NCBI GenBank assembly: GCA_963844715.1
Contig: CAWJPJ010000007.1
Span: forward strand, 32,001 to 96,000
Direction of reading: 5' to 3'
From: an uncultured Phycisphaerales bacterium
Lineage (GTDB): Bacteria; Planctomycetota; Phycisphaerae; Tepidisphaerales; Tepidisphaeraceae
Length of the DNA stretch: 64,000 nucleotides
The notes under the pieces were generated by a model. It made no database searches. It had not been told where the DNA came from and saw only the letters and a program-made list of their open reading frames with translations. The position numbers and the translations under genes were made by a program. This document shows, piece after piece, positions 40,687-51,800 of this stretch (positions are counted from its first letter, which is position 1; each line of letters starts with the position of its first letter).

Positions 40687-41499
40687 ATGCAACGGTTCAA
40701 TTGGATTTCTGCGCTTATCGTCGCCTTGGTGGTGGGAGTAATTTTGCCGACGGCATGGTTTGGATCGAGGGTGCTTGCGGGTGATTATTCGTCGCGGGCG
40801 CTGCCGGATGAGGATCGGCAGACGCTGAGCGAGTATCTGGGGAACGGCGTGGTTGGGGAGGCGATTGCGCCGCCGGCGTTGCCGGATGGGATTAACGATA
40901 TGCTGTCGATCGGGGATGGGATGTCGTGGCGCGTCCGGGTGACTTCGGGGCGAGCGCAGGGGAAGATTCAGTGGGGGTCGGCCAGCTTGCTCAGTCGAAG
41001 CGACGGAGGGAGCGGGTTTCGAATCGATACGGGGGATGGGCGGAATGTGCTGTATGGGCAACTGGATGCGAAGGGGAACGTTTGGTGTTATGCGTCACAG
41101 GATAATCGGGAGGGAGTGATGTCGCGGTTTACGCCGCCGCAGCCGATTTTTCTGGCGGACATGAAGCCGGGAGAGGCGCGGCACGTGAAGTGTCAGGTCG
41201 CGGTGGCGGATTTGTCGCGGCCGGATGTCGAGACACACTCGGGAGAACTGGACGTGGAATTCACTTATGAGGGGGCGTATCAGTTGCACGTGCCGGCGGG
41301 GACGATCGATTCCGTGCTGTTTAAGACGCGTCTGACGGGCAAGGTTGGGCCGGCGACGGTGGACGACACGATTTACCGATTTTATGGCAAGAATTGCGGG
41401 CCGGTGGCAATCGTGGAGACGAACGATGTTTCGGCGCTATTCGTTTACCACGAGAAGACTCGGATTGGGAAGGTGCTGGTCGGGACGGACGCGAAATGA
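40687..41499 (+). CDS. Hypothetical exported beta-rich protein
   Basis: N-terminal hydrophobic segment, GGAG SD, VPAGT motif near the C terminus. Confidence 0.7.
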   Translation: MQRFNWISALIVALVVGVILPTAWFGSRVLAGDYSSRALPDEDRQTLSEYLGNGVVGEAIAPPALPDGINDMLSIGDGMSWRVRVTSGRAQGKIQWGSASLLSRSDGGSGFRIDTGDGRNVLYGQLDAKGNVWCYASQDNREGVMSRFTPPQPIFLADMKPGEARHVKCQVAVADLSRPDVETHSGELDVEFTYEGAYQLHVPAGTIDSVLFKTRLTGKVGPATVDDTIYRFYGKNCGPVAIVETNDVSALFVYHEKTRIGKVLVGTDAK

Positions 41500-41501
41500 A
41501 G

Positions 41502-41574
41502 TGGGCGATAAGGGATTCGAACCCCTGACTTCCACCTTGTAAGGGTGGCACTCTAGCCGCTGAGTTAATCGCCC
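41502..41574 (-). tRNA. tRNA-Val (anticodon TAC), CCA not encoded
   Basis: GGGCGATTAACTCAGCGGCTAGAGTGCCACCCTTACAAGGTGGAAGTCAGGGGTTCGAATCCCTTATCGCCCA folds as a cloverleaf. Confidence 0.97.
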
Positions 41575-41613
41575 GGCTGGATATATTCTATCGGCGAATC
41601 CGCCTTTCGGCCA

Positions 41614-41750
41614 AAATCGGAAACCCGAAACCAGAAACCAGAAATCCGAGCCAAATCCGAATTCCCGAATGAGCGAAAAGGCCTTTTTGGACAATCGGTT
41701 AATCAGTCATTCGCATTTGGTTCTGGTTTGGGGTTTCGGGATTCTGGTTT
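41614..41750. repeat. Imperfect palindrome of CCGAAAC/CCAGAAA-type heptamers
   Basis: ggaaacccgaaaccagaaaccagaaatccg ... ttggttctggtttggggtttcgggattctggtttt; overlaps the gpsA 3' end. Confidence 0.8.
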
Positions 41751-42751
41751 TCGCCGCCCTCGGATTTGGACTGGCGGTTCATGAGATCGGTGAGGGCGGC
41801 GATGGCGTCTCTTCCTTCGAAGAGGACGGCATGGACGGCTTCTGTGATGGGCATTTCGACGTTGTGGCGGAGGGAGAGTTCGTGGACGGATTTGGTGGTG
41901 GGGACGCCTTCTGCGACGGAGTCCATGTGGTCGAGGATGTCGTGGAGTTTTCTGCCTTTGCCGATGAGTTCGCCTACGGTGCGGTTTCTGCCTTCGGGGG
42001 AGACGCAGGTGGTGACGAGGTCTCCCATGCCGGCCAGGCCGTGGAAAGTCGTCTCGTGCGCGCCCATGGCTACGCCCAGGCGGGTGATTTCTACGAGGCC
42101 TCTGGTGACTAGGGCGGCTTTGGCGTTGTTTCCGGCGGCGAGACCGTCGAGGATTCCGGCGGCGATGGCGATGACGTTCTTAGTTGCGCCGGCGAGTTCG
42201 GTGCCGATGAGGTCGGTGTTGGTGTAGACGCGGAACCACTGCGTGGAGAAGGCGTTTTGGACGATCTGTCCGAGTTCGGCGTCGTCGGAGGCGGCGACGG
42301 CGGTGGCGGGGAGATAGCGGGCGAGTTCGGCGGCGATGTTGGGGCCGGAGAGCGCGGCGAGGCGGCGGCGCTTGCCCAGGACGTCGGCGATGATCTGCGT
42401 GGGGCGAAATAGCGTGTGGTTTTCGATTCCCTTGGCGACGGAGACGATGGGGACGCCGAGGGGAACGTGAGGCTCGAGGCGTTTCCAGACGCCGCGCATG
42501 AATTGGGTGGGGACGGCGGAGAGGATGAGGGTGGAGCCGGTGAAGCAATCGGCGTCGTGCGCGGTGAGGCGGACGGAGGAAGGGACTCTTACGCCGGGAA
42601 GGAAGCGCTGGTTTTCGCGGTTTTGGAGGAGCTGCTCGATGGAGTTTTCGAACGCGCCCCACATGGTGACTTGATGGCCGCCCTGGTGGAGGAGAATGGA
42701 GCAGACGGTGGCCATGGCGCCGTCGCCGACGATGGTTACGCGTTCGGGCAT
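41699..42751 (-). CDS. gpsA: NAD(P)H-dependent glycerol-3-phosphate dehydrogenase
   Basis: VGDGAMAT, KGIE, LSGPNIAAE, KNVIAIAAG, GMGDLVTTC, RNRTVG, AEGVPT. Confidence 0.95.
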   Translation of the reverse strand: MPERVTIVGDGAMATVCSILLHQGGHQVTMWGAFENSIEQLLQNRENQRFLPGVRVPSSVRLTAHDADCFTGSTLILSAVPTQFMRGVWKRLEPHVPLGVPIVSVAKGIENHTLFRPTQIIADVLGKRRRLAALSGPNIAAELARYLPATAVAASDDAELGQIVQNAFSTQWFRVYTNTDLIGTELAGATKNVIAIAAGILDGLAAGNNAKAALVTRGLVEITRLGVAMGAHETTFHGLAGMGDLVTTCVSPEGRNRTVGELIGKGRKLHDILDHMDSVAEGVPTTKSVHELSLRHNVEMPITEAVHAVLFEGRDAIAALTDLMNRQSKSEGGENQNPETPNQNQMRMTD

Positions 42752-42760
42752 GGGGGCATT

Positions 42761-44385
42761 CTAATCCCGTGGAAAATTGTCCGAAAGGCGACTGAGGGAA
42801 TCTTCGAGTCCGCCGGGGCGGTTGCGGGCCAGCCAGCAGGCGCGGTGGGATTCGATGATGGGCGGCAATTTTTCGGAGTTTTTTTTGCAGGCGTAATCTA
42901 GCATGGCGGCGGCATTGGAGAATTCGGAGAGGATCAGGGCGGCGTCGGGGCGGTTCATGCGGGATTGGGGGAGGGGTTCCATGATTCGAGCAATCGTGGA
43001 GGCGGCGGTTTCCAGGTTGGCGGAGGTGATTCCTTCCATGGGGTCTTTGCGGGCGGCGCTGGGGACGAGGAGATTGAAGAGAGTGGAGCGATTGGGGATG
43101 AGCTTGCCGACGAGTTGGTAGACGTTCCCCAGGTCCATGGCGAGTTTGCCCATGACTTGCGCGGAATCCTTGAAGAGGTGGGCATCGAGGGCGGCGGGGA
43201 GATCCAGATTGCGGTTGGAGTCCGCGCACCAGCTTAAAGCGGCGCCGGCGGCGATGCCTGCGAAGCTGACGGGCCAATATTGGAGATGGCCAAAGTCACC
43301 CCAATCGGTGTTGAGGTAGCCTGCGGCTTTGTGGCGGAGGCCGGCCTCGGCGGCGGCGCGCTGATTGGCGAGCATGTTATCGGTCCTGCCGGCGATGCTG
43401 CACCAACTGCTGGTGCCGGGGCAGACGTAGAAGGGAAGATTTGCGGCGGCGAGGGCGGCGGCATTTTTGTCAAAGGGATCATCGGCTTCGTAGCCCCAGA
43501 GGAGAGCGGTTGCGCCGGGGGGGACTTGGGGGATGAGGTCGGGGTGGTCGAGGATGCCGTCGGCCCAGAATTGGATTTGGCGGTTGTGGGCGGCGGCGAG
43601 GTGGGAGATTTTTTGTAGGAAGTGGATGTAGGCGTCGGGTTTGCCGCGGCTGCGGCCCTGGCCGATGTCGAAGGTTTCGTCGCAGCCGACGTTGAAGAGT
43701 TTGCTGGAGAAATTCGGGAGGAGTTGGGCGTATAGATCGGCGATCAAATCCAGACTCGCGGGATCGGTGGGACAGAGGCTGAAGGGGCCGTTCCAGCGGA
43801 AGCCCCAGGGGGAATCGGCGCCATCGGGGCATTCGGCCAGGGGGAGATAGCGCGGGTGCTTGAGCCAGCGCTCCATGTGGCCGAGGGAGTTCTGGTTGGG
43901 GACGAGATCGATGAATCTTGTTTTGCAATAGTCGTCCAGGCGGCGGATTTCTTCGGCGGTCATGGGGGAGGCTTGGCGCCAGACTTCCTCGTGGCCGGCG
44001 TAGGCGAAGGTGTGCTCGGTGTAGAGCTGGAGCTGGTTGATTTTGAGTTCGGAGAGCTGGTCGACGATCTGGAAAAGGGTTGCCATGGTGGGGACTTTGT
44101 CGCGGCTGATGTCTAGGAGGACGCCGCGGACGGGGAAGTCCGGGGAATCGGCGATTTCCAGGCAGGGGAGAGTTGGCCCGTAAATGCGGCGGAGCTGGGC
44201 CAGGGTTTGGCGGGCGTAATACGTTGCCTGGGGGTCGCGGGCGATGACGGCGAGATGATCGGGCGTGGCGGAAATGGTGTAGCCCTGCGGAAGCAGTTGG
44301 GAATCGATGGCAAAGCTCGGCTGTTGCGTGCAGGTTCCGGGCGCAGGTGGAATTGCCTGGGGATGGGGAACAAGGGGGCGGGCAC
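42761..44385 (-). CDS. GH20-family beta-N-acetylhexosaminidase-like protein (frameshifts in the 5' part)
   Basis: DSPDFPVRGVLLDISRDKVP, QLYTEHTF, NQNSLGH, NVGCDE, TDWGDFGH. Confidence 0.85.
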
Positions 44386-44433
44386 GGAAAAGAGTTTACC
44401 GATTGATGCGGGGAAGCGAAGATAGCGGCCCGG

Positions 44434-46353
44434 ATGGAAAGCGACTCGTCAAAACGCGGCGGCGGCGACGAGACGGCGCGCCAGCGCGCGATGGAGACGA
44501 TCGCGCCGGGGACGGGGTCGAGCGGGGTTTATCGGGAGTTGCCGCCGGCGCCGGAGATTCGGATCGCGGGGTATGCGCTCGGGCGCGAGCTCGGGCGCGG
44601 GGGGCAGGCGGTGGTGTATCTGGCGCTACAGCAGAGCACGGGGCGGAAAGTGGCGATCAAGGTGATGAGGAAGCAGGCGCTGGAGGACGAGCGGGCGCTG
44701 GCGCGGTTCAAGCGCGAGGTGCAGGTGCTGGCGGCGCTGGATCATCCGAACATCGTGGGGATTGTGGACACGGGGACGGCGTCGGACGGGAGCCAATTCA
44801 TCGTCATGAGCTATGTGGCGGGGACGGCGCTGGATGAATATGTGAAGCAGCAGGCGCAGGAGGCGAACAATCCGGGGAAAGTGCTGAGATTGTTTTTGAA
44901 GATTTGCGGGGCGGTGAACGTGGCGCATTTGCGGGGGATCGTGCATCGGGATTTGAAGCCGTCGAATATCCGGATCGACGAGCGCGGGGAGCCGCATATT
45001 CTGGATTTCGGGCTGGCGCATACGGCGCTGGATCATCTGGCGGGAGGAGAGGGTCCGGTGAGCGTGACGGGGGAATTTCTGGGGAGTTTGCCGTGGTGCA
45101 GTCCTGAGCAGGCGGAGGCGGAGCCGGACCGGATCGACATCCGGAGCGACGTGTATAGTCTGGGGGTGATTCTGTATCAGATTTTGACGGGCGGGGAATT
45201 TCCGTACGTGGTGGTGGGGAATATCCGGGACGTTTTGGACAATATTTTGAGGGTTGCGCCGACGCCGCCGAGCCGGCGCGTGAGGGAGGGGGAGCGCGGG
45301 CGGATGGGATCGCCGCCGATCAATCCGGTGATGGAGCGGATTGTGTTGAAGGCGCTGGCGAAGAATCGGGAGGAGCGGTATCAGTCGGCCGGAGAATTGG
45401 GGCGGGATATCGCGGTGTATCTGGGCGGACAGAAAGCGCCGGCAGCTGGGGCGAAATTGGAGGAGCCGGCAAAAGAGGTTGCGAAGAAGGGAAGGAGTAA
45501 AGCTATCGCGGGCGCGGTGACGGGGGCGGCGCTGGTGGCGGTGGGAGTTTGGGTTTGGGGGATGGTGAGGACGCCGGCACCGCAGCGGAATCAGGCGGCG
45601 GCGGGATCCGCGCCGGTAACGAATGTGGTTGCCGTGGGTCCGGCGGCGAATTCCCCGGCGAATCCGGTGGCGGCAGCGGCGCCGGCGTTACCCGCGCCTC
45701 CGAGCCCGGCGGTTGCGGCGCCGGCACCGGGCGCGGCGTCTATCGTCAATGTGAGCGCGCCGGTTCCGGCTGCGCCTCTCAATGGAGAGCTTTTCATGGC
45801 GGCGGGAACGTGCCATCTGGAGGGGGATGCGCTGGCGCTGACGCCGGGGGTTAAAGGGACGGCGGCGCTGCAATTCGGGGGGGCGGGATGGCCGGATTTC
45901 GACATGAGCTTTGAGGCGAAACTCAATGCAGGGCGAGGGTTCTGGGTGGAGACGAATGTGGGGCCGGGCAGCTTTTGCCAGATCGTGGTGAACACACTGG
46001 GAGACAATCTGGCGGTGCTGTGGCACCACGAGCGGGAGGCGCAGCGTGTCGTGCCGCTACAGCATTTCCAGCTCGAGCCGGACCGGTGGTACGCGATGAG
46101 CGTGCGCGTGCGCGGGCAGCAGGTTCGACTATCGATCGACGGACGGGAGTACTTGAGCGCTGACGAGAATCAGTTGCTGAGCGGGCGGGTTGGGATTGGC
46201 ACGCGGAATCCACTGGTGCGTTTCCGGGAGATCAAGGTGGTGTCGCCGAGCGGGGTGGTGCTGTGGAGCGGGCCGCCGGACTTGTCGGAGCTGGCGCCGA
46301 CGGATTTGGACAGCGCCAGGGCCGCGACGGCGCCGTCGGCGACGCAGCCATAA
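44434..46353 (+). CDS. Hanks-type Ser/Thr protein kinase with TM helix and C-terminal beta-sandwich domain
   Basis: GRGGQAVV, VAIK, HRDLKPSN, DFG, SPEQ, SDVYSLG; TM helix, Pro/Ala linker, GRVGI...VRFREIKV (concanavalin/DUF1080-like). Confidence 0.92.
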   Translation: MESDSSKRGGGDETARQRAMETIAPGTGSSGVYRELPPAPEIRIAGYALGRELGRGGQAVVYLALQQSTGRKVAIKVMRKQALEDERALARFKREVQVLAALDHPNIVGIVDTGTASDGSQFIVMSYVAGTALDEYVKQQAQEANNPGKVLRLFLKICGAVNVAHLRGIVHRDLKPSNIRIDERGEPHILDFGLAHTALDHLAGGEGPVSVTGEFLGSLPWCSPEQAEAEPDRIDIRSDVYSLGVILYQILTGGEFPYVVVGNIRDVLDNILRVAPTPPSRRVREGERGRMGSPPINPVMERIVLKALAKNREERYQSAGELGRDIAVYLGGQKAPAAGAKLEEPAKEVAKKGRSKAIAGAVTGAALVAVGVWVWGMVRTPAPQRNQAAAGSAPVTNVVAVGPAANSPANPVAAAAPALPAPPSPAVAAPAPGAASIVNVSAPVPAAPLNGELFMAAGTCHLEGDALALTPGVKGTAALQFGGAGWPDFDMSFEAKLNAGRGFWVETNVGPGSFCQIVVNTLGDNLAVLWHHEREAQRVVPLQHFQLEPDRWYAMSVRVRGQQVRLSIDGREYLSADENQLLSGRVGIGTRNPLVRFREIKVVSPSGVVLWSGPPDLSELAPTDLDSARAATAPSATQP

Positions 46354-46384
46354 AAGGAAAGCGGCGGCCGTTTCGGGCCGCCGC
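46352..46384 (-). terminator. Probable intrinsic terminator between the convergent kinase and wzc-like genes
   Basis: gcggcggcc/ggccgccgc stem with a T-rich tail on the minus strand. Confidence 0.55.
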
Positions 46385-46414
46385 GGGGTTATTCGAAATA
46401 AAGTTCGGACGTAA

Positions 46415-48673
46415 TCAGGCAGCGCGACCGCCGCCGCCGCCGGCGGGGCCGCCGCTCTGGTACTCGTAGTAGGTGCGGATGTTTCGTCCGTAGTATCCGC
46501 CGCCCTGGGCGCGGACGGCGTTGAGGACGATGCCGAGGTGCTCGGCTTTGACTTGACGGAGATTTTCCCGCATTCGGCTGAGTACGCCGCGGCTGTTGGC
46601 GCGGGCACGGACGACGGTGACGACGCCGTCGACGCGCGGGGCCAAGGCCACGGTTTCCGAGACGAAGAGGAGCGGGCCGCTGTCGAAGATTACGTGATCG
46701 AATTCCTCCAAGGCCCGCTCGATGAAGTCGATGAGCAACTGGCTTTCCAGAAGCTCGGTGGCGTTGGTGGGCTTGGGGCCGCTGGGGAGCACGAAGAGGT
46801 TGGGAACCTGGGTTTCGTGCATGGTGGTTTCGAAGAGTTCAAGGCTGCCGAGGACGTCGGAGAAGCCCTGTTCGTTGGACAGATTGAACACACGATGCAA
46901 TTCCGGACGACGGAAGTTGGCGTCGACGAGGAGAATTCTGCGTCCGTTGAGGGCCAGGCCGCTGGCGAGGTTGCAGGCGATGGTGGATTTTCCGTCGCCG
47001 GGCGAGGGGCTGGTGACGAGAATGCTTCGGGTGGTGTCGAGGGAGGAACTGTGCTGGAGGCGCGTGCGCACCTGCCGCAACTGCTCGGCCATCATCGAAT
47101 GAGGGGCCTCGAAGATCACGACGGGGAGACGAGCGCCCGCGGACTGCGGATCGTCGTCTTCGTGCGGGACCATCCCGAGGACATTCATGTTTCCGACCCG
47201 CGTGATATCGCGCGGGGAACGGATGCTGGTATCGAGGAATTCGCGTAGGAAGGCGATGCCCAGGGCCAAGCCGAGGCCGGCGAAAACGGCCAAGGTCATG
47301 GTGACGCTAAGCTTGGGGAAACTTGGCGCATCGGGAGTTTCGGGTTTGGCGGCCCACTGAATGCTGCTGAAGTCGCGCTTGACGGCATAATTGGCGATTT
47401 CATCGAGGCGATCGTCGATGGTTTTGAGCTTGGCTTCGTAGCCTTCCTTCTCGCTTTGCTTCTGGAGAAGGGTGGTCATGACGTCGGTAAGATGCGCCAT
47501 ATCGCCACGCAGGGTGTCGATGCGGGCGTTCATCGACTTGAGCGCGCGATCGCCCTGTGTGACGGCTTCTTTGGCATCCTCGATGGCTTCGGTGCGATAG
47601 CGGATTCGCGCCTCGGCGGTAGCGGCGTTGAGCTTGCCTTCCAGAAGTTGCTCACGGGCCTGGAGATCCTTGACGCTGGTGTTGTTCGCGCCCAGGTTCT
47701 CCATCGACTCGGCGATGGAAAGTTCGATGTTATTCACGGCCTGACGATATTCGGAGACTTCGGGGTCGACGGCGATGTCGGTGGCGACTTTGGGGGGATC
47801 CTGATCGGCGCTGATCTGGTCGTAGAGACTCTTGTAGAGGTCCTGTGAGGTGGCCAGATCGAGCTGGATTTTCAGAGAATTCTCGATGAGCTGGGACAGT
47901 TCCATGTCTTTGGTGCTGACCTTGCTGAGGGTGCCGGTGATGCCACCCTCGTTGAGCTGAGATTCGAGGTCGGCAATTTCGCCGTTGACGCCCTTGAGAT
48001 TCATTTCCTCGCGGACCTGGCGGGCTTCCAAATCCTTGTGCCGGTCGTATTCCTTGCTCTCGTTCTGCTCCTTCTGATTCTTCATGTACTGTTCGGCGAA
48101 GGTCTCAACGATGACGCGCGCCGAATTGGGATCATTGCAGGTCATGGAGATTTTAAGGAGCCTGGAATCGGCGAAGGGGTTCACCTCGAGATTGTCCGCG
48201 AGGTCTTCCTTGGCCAACTGATCGTTTGGAAATTGCTGGTACCAGGCACAATGATGGATTTCGTCGTAGTCCTGATTTTGAAGGACCTGGGTGGCGAGGG
48301 AAGGATCTTTCAAAAGAAGGGCATGAGTTTTGAGATCGAGTTCGAGGCTGTTGGTGTCGATGGATTGACCTGTATCGGTGACGTCGGGGGCTTCAACCTT
48401 AAGGGTGCCGATGGCGGTGTACTTGGAATGGTTTTTCTGTAGCCAGTAATTGATCCCGTAACCGGCGACCCCACCGACGACGACGAACAAAATAATGAGC
48501 CAAAGGTTGGATCGGATGACGCGCCAGACGTCACCGCCGGACATTTGGGCGCCAGCCTGGACCTGGGCGACCATGCCGGGCATGGGGGCCATGGGTCCGG
48601 AGGGAATGGTTAAGGGCGTGCTGGGTGCCGGCCTCGGCAAACGTAAAGGCGCAGCTTGGGGCAACGTCGTCAT
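46415..48673 (-). CDS. Wzc-type polysaccharide co-polymerase/tyrosine autokinase
   Basis: Two TM helices around a coiled coil, SPSPGDGKST, LLVDANFRRP, IFDSGP, Tyr cluster YYGRNIRTYYEY. Confidence 0.92.
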   Translation of the reverse strand: MTTLPQAAPLRLPRPAPSTPLTIPSGPMAPMPGMVAQVQAGAQMSGGDVWRVIRSNLWLIILFVVVGGVAGYGINYWLQKNHSKYTAIGTLKVEAPDVTDTGQSIDTNSLELDLKTHALLLKDPSLATQVLQNQDYDEIHHCAWYQQFPNDQLAKEDLADNLEVNPFADSRLLKISMTCNDPNSARVIVETFAEQYMKNQKEQNESKEYDRHKDLEARQVREEMNLKGVNGEIADLESQLNEGGITGTLSKVSTKDMELSQLIENSLKIQLDLATSQDLYKSLYDQISADQDPPKVATDIAVDPEVSEYRQAVNNIELSIAESMENLGANNTSVKDLQAREQLLEGKLNAATAEARIRYRTEAIEDAKEAVTQGDRALKSMNARIDTLRGDMAHLTDVMTTLLQKQSEKEGYEAKLKTIDDRLDEIANYAVKRDFSSIQWAAKPETPDAPSFPKLSVTMTLAVFAGLGLALGIAFLREFLDTSIRSPRDITRVGNMNVLGMVPHEDDDPQSAGARLPVVIFEAPHSMMAEQLRQVRTRLQHSSSLDTTRSILVTSPSPGDGKSTIACNLASGLALNGRRILLVDANFRRPELHRVFNLSNEQGFSDVLGSLELFETTMHETQVPNLFVLPSGPKPTNATELLESQLLIDFIERALEEFDHVIFDSGPLLFVSETVALAPRVDGVVTVVRARANSRGVLSRMRENLRQVKAEHLGIVLNAVRAQGGGYYGRNIRTYYEYQSGGPAGGGGGRAA

Positions 48674-48858
48674 CGCATTTCTCCTCCCGAAACAATCTCT
48701 CCCTTGGCCCAAGAGCGATTCGGGGAACTCATGGGGAAACCATTACCACCCAGTAGGAGTGAGCTATCTGCGCTCACGAGCTTAGTGTTTTCAATTATGG
48801 CGTTCATAATGGGACTTGTTCAAGCATTTTTTAATTTCGGCAGCATATTCTCAAGTGT

Positions 48859-51800
48859 TTATGGGACTTGAGCTTGTTGTTTAGATTTCATCATCTCCTG
48901 AGATCGGTCGTTTAAATCCTGTAGCTTAGTTTTGAGCTTAAGGTCTTGATCCTGCGGGCTTTGCTTCGCGATCATTTCCAGTCCCAGTTGGGCCTGTTTA
49001 TTGGCTTCGTCGGGATATTGGAGGGATAGGTAACCTTCTCCGAGGTGAAAATAGGCGGTTGGGGACTTTTGTATGTCTAGCGCCTTATTTACCAGATCCA
49101 CACCTTGGGCAGGAGAACCGGAAAGGATGAGCAGCCAACCCTGGGTGTCGAGGACGGTGTTGTTGACACGTCCCATGTTGGTTTCGAGGTCGGCGGCCTT
49201 TTGGGCGTAGTTCATCCCCTCGTCGATGCGCGGGGAGAATAGTCGTCGGCGAGCAGACAGGCCAGATTGTTGAGGGCCGAGATATTGTTGGGATCGAGCT
49301 TGAGGCAATGCTGATAGGCGTCGTAGGCCCGATCGGTGAGGGATTGGGTGGTGCAGGATTGATCGATGAGTCCGGCGGCGAGCAGCGCGGCGATCTGATC
49401 GCCGCGCTGGAGCTGATCGAACCCGGACATGACGGATTGGATGGTCGCCAGCGCATCGGTTTCGTCGTGGTTGCGGATGTACATCTGCGCCAGGGCGAGC
49501 TTGGTGCCGATCCTGTCCTTGGCATAAGGGGCCACGTCCGCGATGGCTTGGGGAAGGCCGACCACGGCGACCAGGTCCTGGGCGATTTGATTGATGGCCG
49601 ACGAATCGTTGGCGGCGTCTGCGGCGGCGAGGGAGGCCCGATGATCGGCGGCGGCGGCGTCGGGGGAGCCGAGATTCTGTTCGGCGTCGCCGCGATCGAG
49701 CAGAGCCCACCAGGATGCCCGCATCCCAGGATCAAGACGCCCCACTGCATCGATGACATCCTGAAATTGCTGGGCCTGAAGCATCAGCGTCAGATGACTT
49801 TTCCAAATGGCGGGGTTATGCGGGGCGAGAGCGAGGGCCTTGTTGCTCTGGTCCATGGCGCTGGCGAGGTCGTGCAAATCCGCCATGAGTATCGCTTCGC
49901 CCTGGAAAATGTCGGGATCGCTGTCGAACGGAGGCGTGGAGTCGATCTCCTGAAGGAGATGGAGAGCCTGCGTTTCCTGCGGGTGAGGCGAGGTGCAATA
50001 CAGTTGGACGAGTTCCATGCGCGCCGGTTTGTCGCCGGGATTGGAGCGCAGCTCGGCTTCCAGTTCGGAGGCGGCGTCGTCATCCATATTAAGCTGGAGA
50101 TAGGCGGTGACCAGGTCGAGGCGGACCTGGGAATTGCCGGGCTCAGCCTCGTGAAGGCGTTTGAGGTCGTCCAGGGCGCCCTGCGAATCGGGCGGGGAGG
50201 TGCGCAATCGAGCGCGGCCGCGGATGTAGAGGACCTGAAGGTCGCTGGCATCGCGGGAGAGGGACTGATTGGCGCGATCGACGGCGGCGGCGTAGTTTCT
50301 TTCGGCGAAGGCAAGTTGCGACCAGACGCCGTAGAGGCGGGCGGTATCAGGGGGATTTCCCTCGAGATCCTGCTGAATTTGGGAGTCGGCGGCTGAAACC
50401 CTGCCAGCGGCGAGGAGGACATCGATGAGCGTGAGGCGAATCTCGGGCTTGGTGGAATTGGCGCCGCGGAGCAATTCCAGGGCTTCGTCGAATTTTTTGT
50501 GCGCGGTCAGAAGCTGCGCCATCTCGACTTCCATGCCGACGCTGTAGTCGGACCGGACGAGTGCCGTGCGGAGTTCGCTTTCGGCGGCATCCGGATGATT
50601 GGTGCGTTCGTAGAGGTCGGCGAGGCGGACATAAGGCTCGGGGCGATATTGCCACGCGGGGCGATGGACCCAGGAGCGGAGGATATTTTCCGCGTCGACG
50701 GGCTGTTCAGCAGCCAAGGCGGCGTCGGTGAGGGCGACGTATAGTTGCGCCTCGTCGGGCCATCTGCGGACGGTGTCTTCAAGCATGTTGACGGCGGACT
50801 GGAGCATGGCGTGGGCGTCGTCAGGATGGAGTTGCTGCTCTAATACCCGCGCCACGCGGACGTACACCTCGCCGAGAGAGGCATAGAGTTGGGGATCGTC
50901 GGGATTCATCGCGATCTGTTCTTTGAGAACCTGGACGGCATCCGAGGGATTTCCGTAGGTCAGCACGTGGTCAACAAGTTTGCTGCGCAGCTCCGGATTT
51001 TGCGGATCCTTCTTCAAACCCTGCCTGATGTAATCCTCGGCGTCGGAGGGACGGTGGAGGGCGTAGGAGCAGTTGATCAGTCCAAGGATGGCGTCGATGT
51101 TGTTGGACTGGCGGTCGAGGGCGGAGGTGTAGGCGACCATCGCTTCGTCGTAGGAACCCTGAGCCTCGGCGACCTGACCGAGCGCAACCCAACTGCCGGG
51201 TAGATCGGGCTTTTCCTGGGTCATCTGGCGGGCGATATCGCGAGCGCGGGAGGTATCTCCGCGGCGTCGGGCCACGAGAAATTCGCACATGAGTCCGCCG
51301 GCCTGGTCGTAATCGACGCTGGCGAGCTTGGAGACGTAAGGCTCAGCGGCGTCAGGGCGGCCGGCGTTGAGATAAAAGACGAACAGTTCGTTCCAAACGC
51401 GCGGGGAATTGGGGCTGGCGGCCTCGGCGGCTTTGAGATGTTTTTCCTGCTCCTGGGCGTCGCCATGTTCCTTGGCGATTTCGGCCAATTCCATTTCGCG
51501 GGCGACGGGATCGGGATTTGCCTGGGCGAGCTTCTCGCGCAAGTGCTCGATGATCTTGGCGTCTTCTCCCTTGATGGAGGGGATGAGGAGCTTGAGGGTT
51601 TCGTTGTCCGGGACAGCGGCGACGCCGCGCTGGGCTGCGTCCAGCGCCTCGTCCTTATTGCCCATAACCAGGTAGACGAGAGCGAGATTGGCGTAAGCGC
51701 CGGCCTCCTTGGGATCGTTGGCGATATTGACGTTCATGAGGCGGACGGCCTCATCGTAATTTTTCATAAAGATGGCAACCCGCGCCTTGGCGACGACGTT

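Noticed and set aside
41480..41600. Integrative element at tRNA-Val
   Set aside because: No integrase and no duplicate of the tRNA 3' end seen in the window
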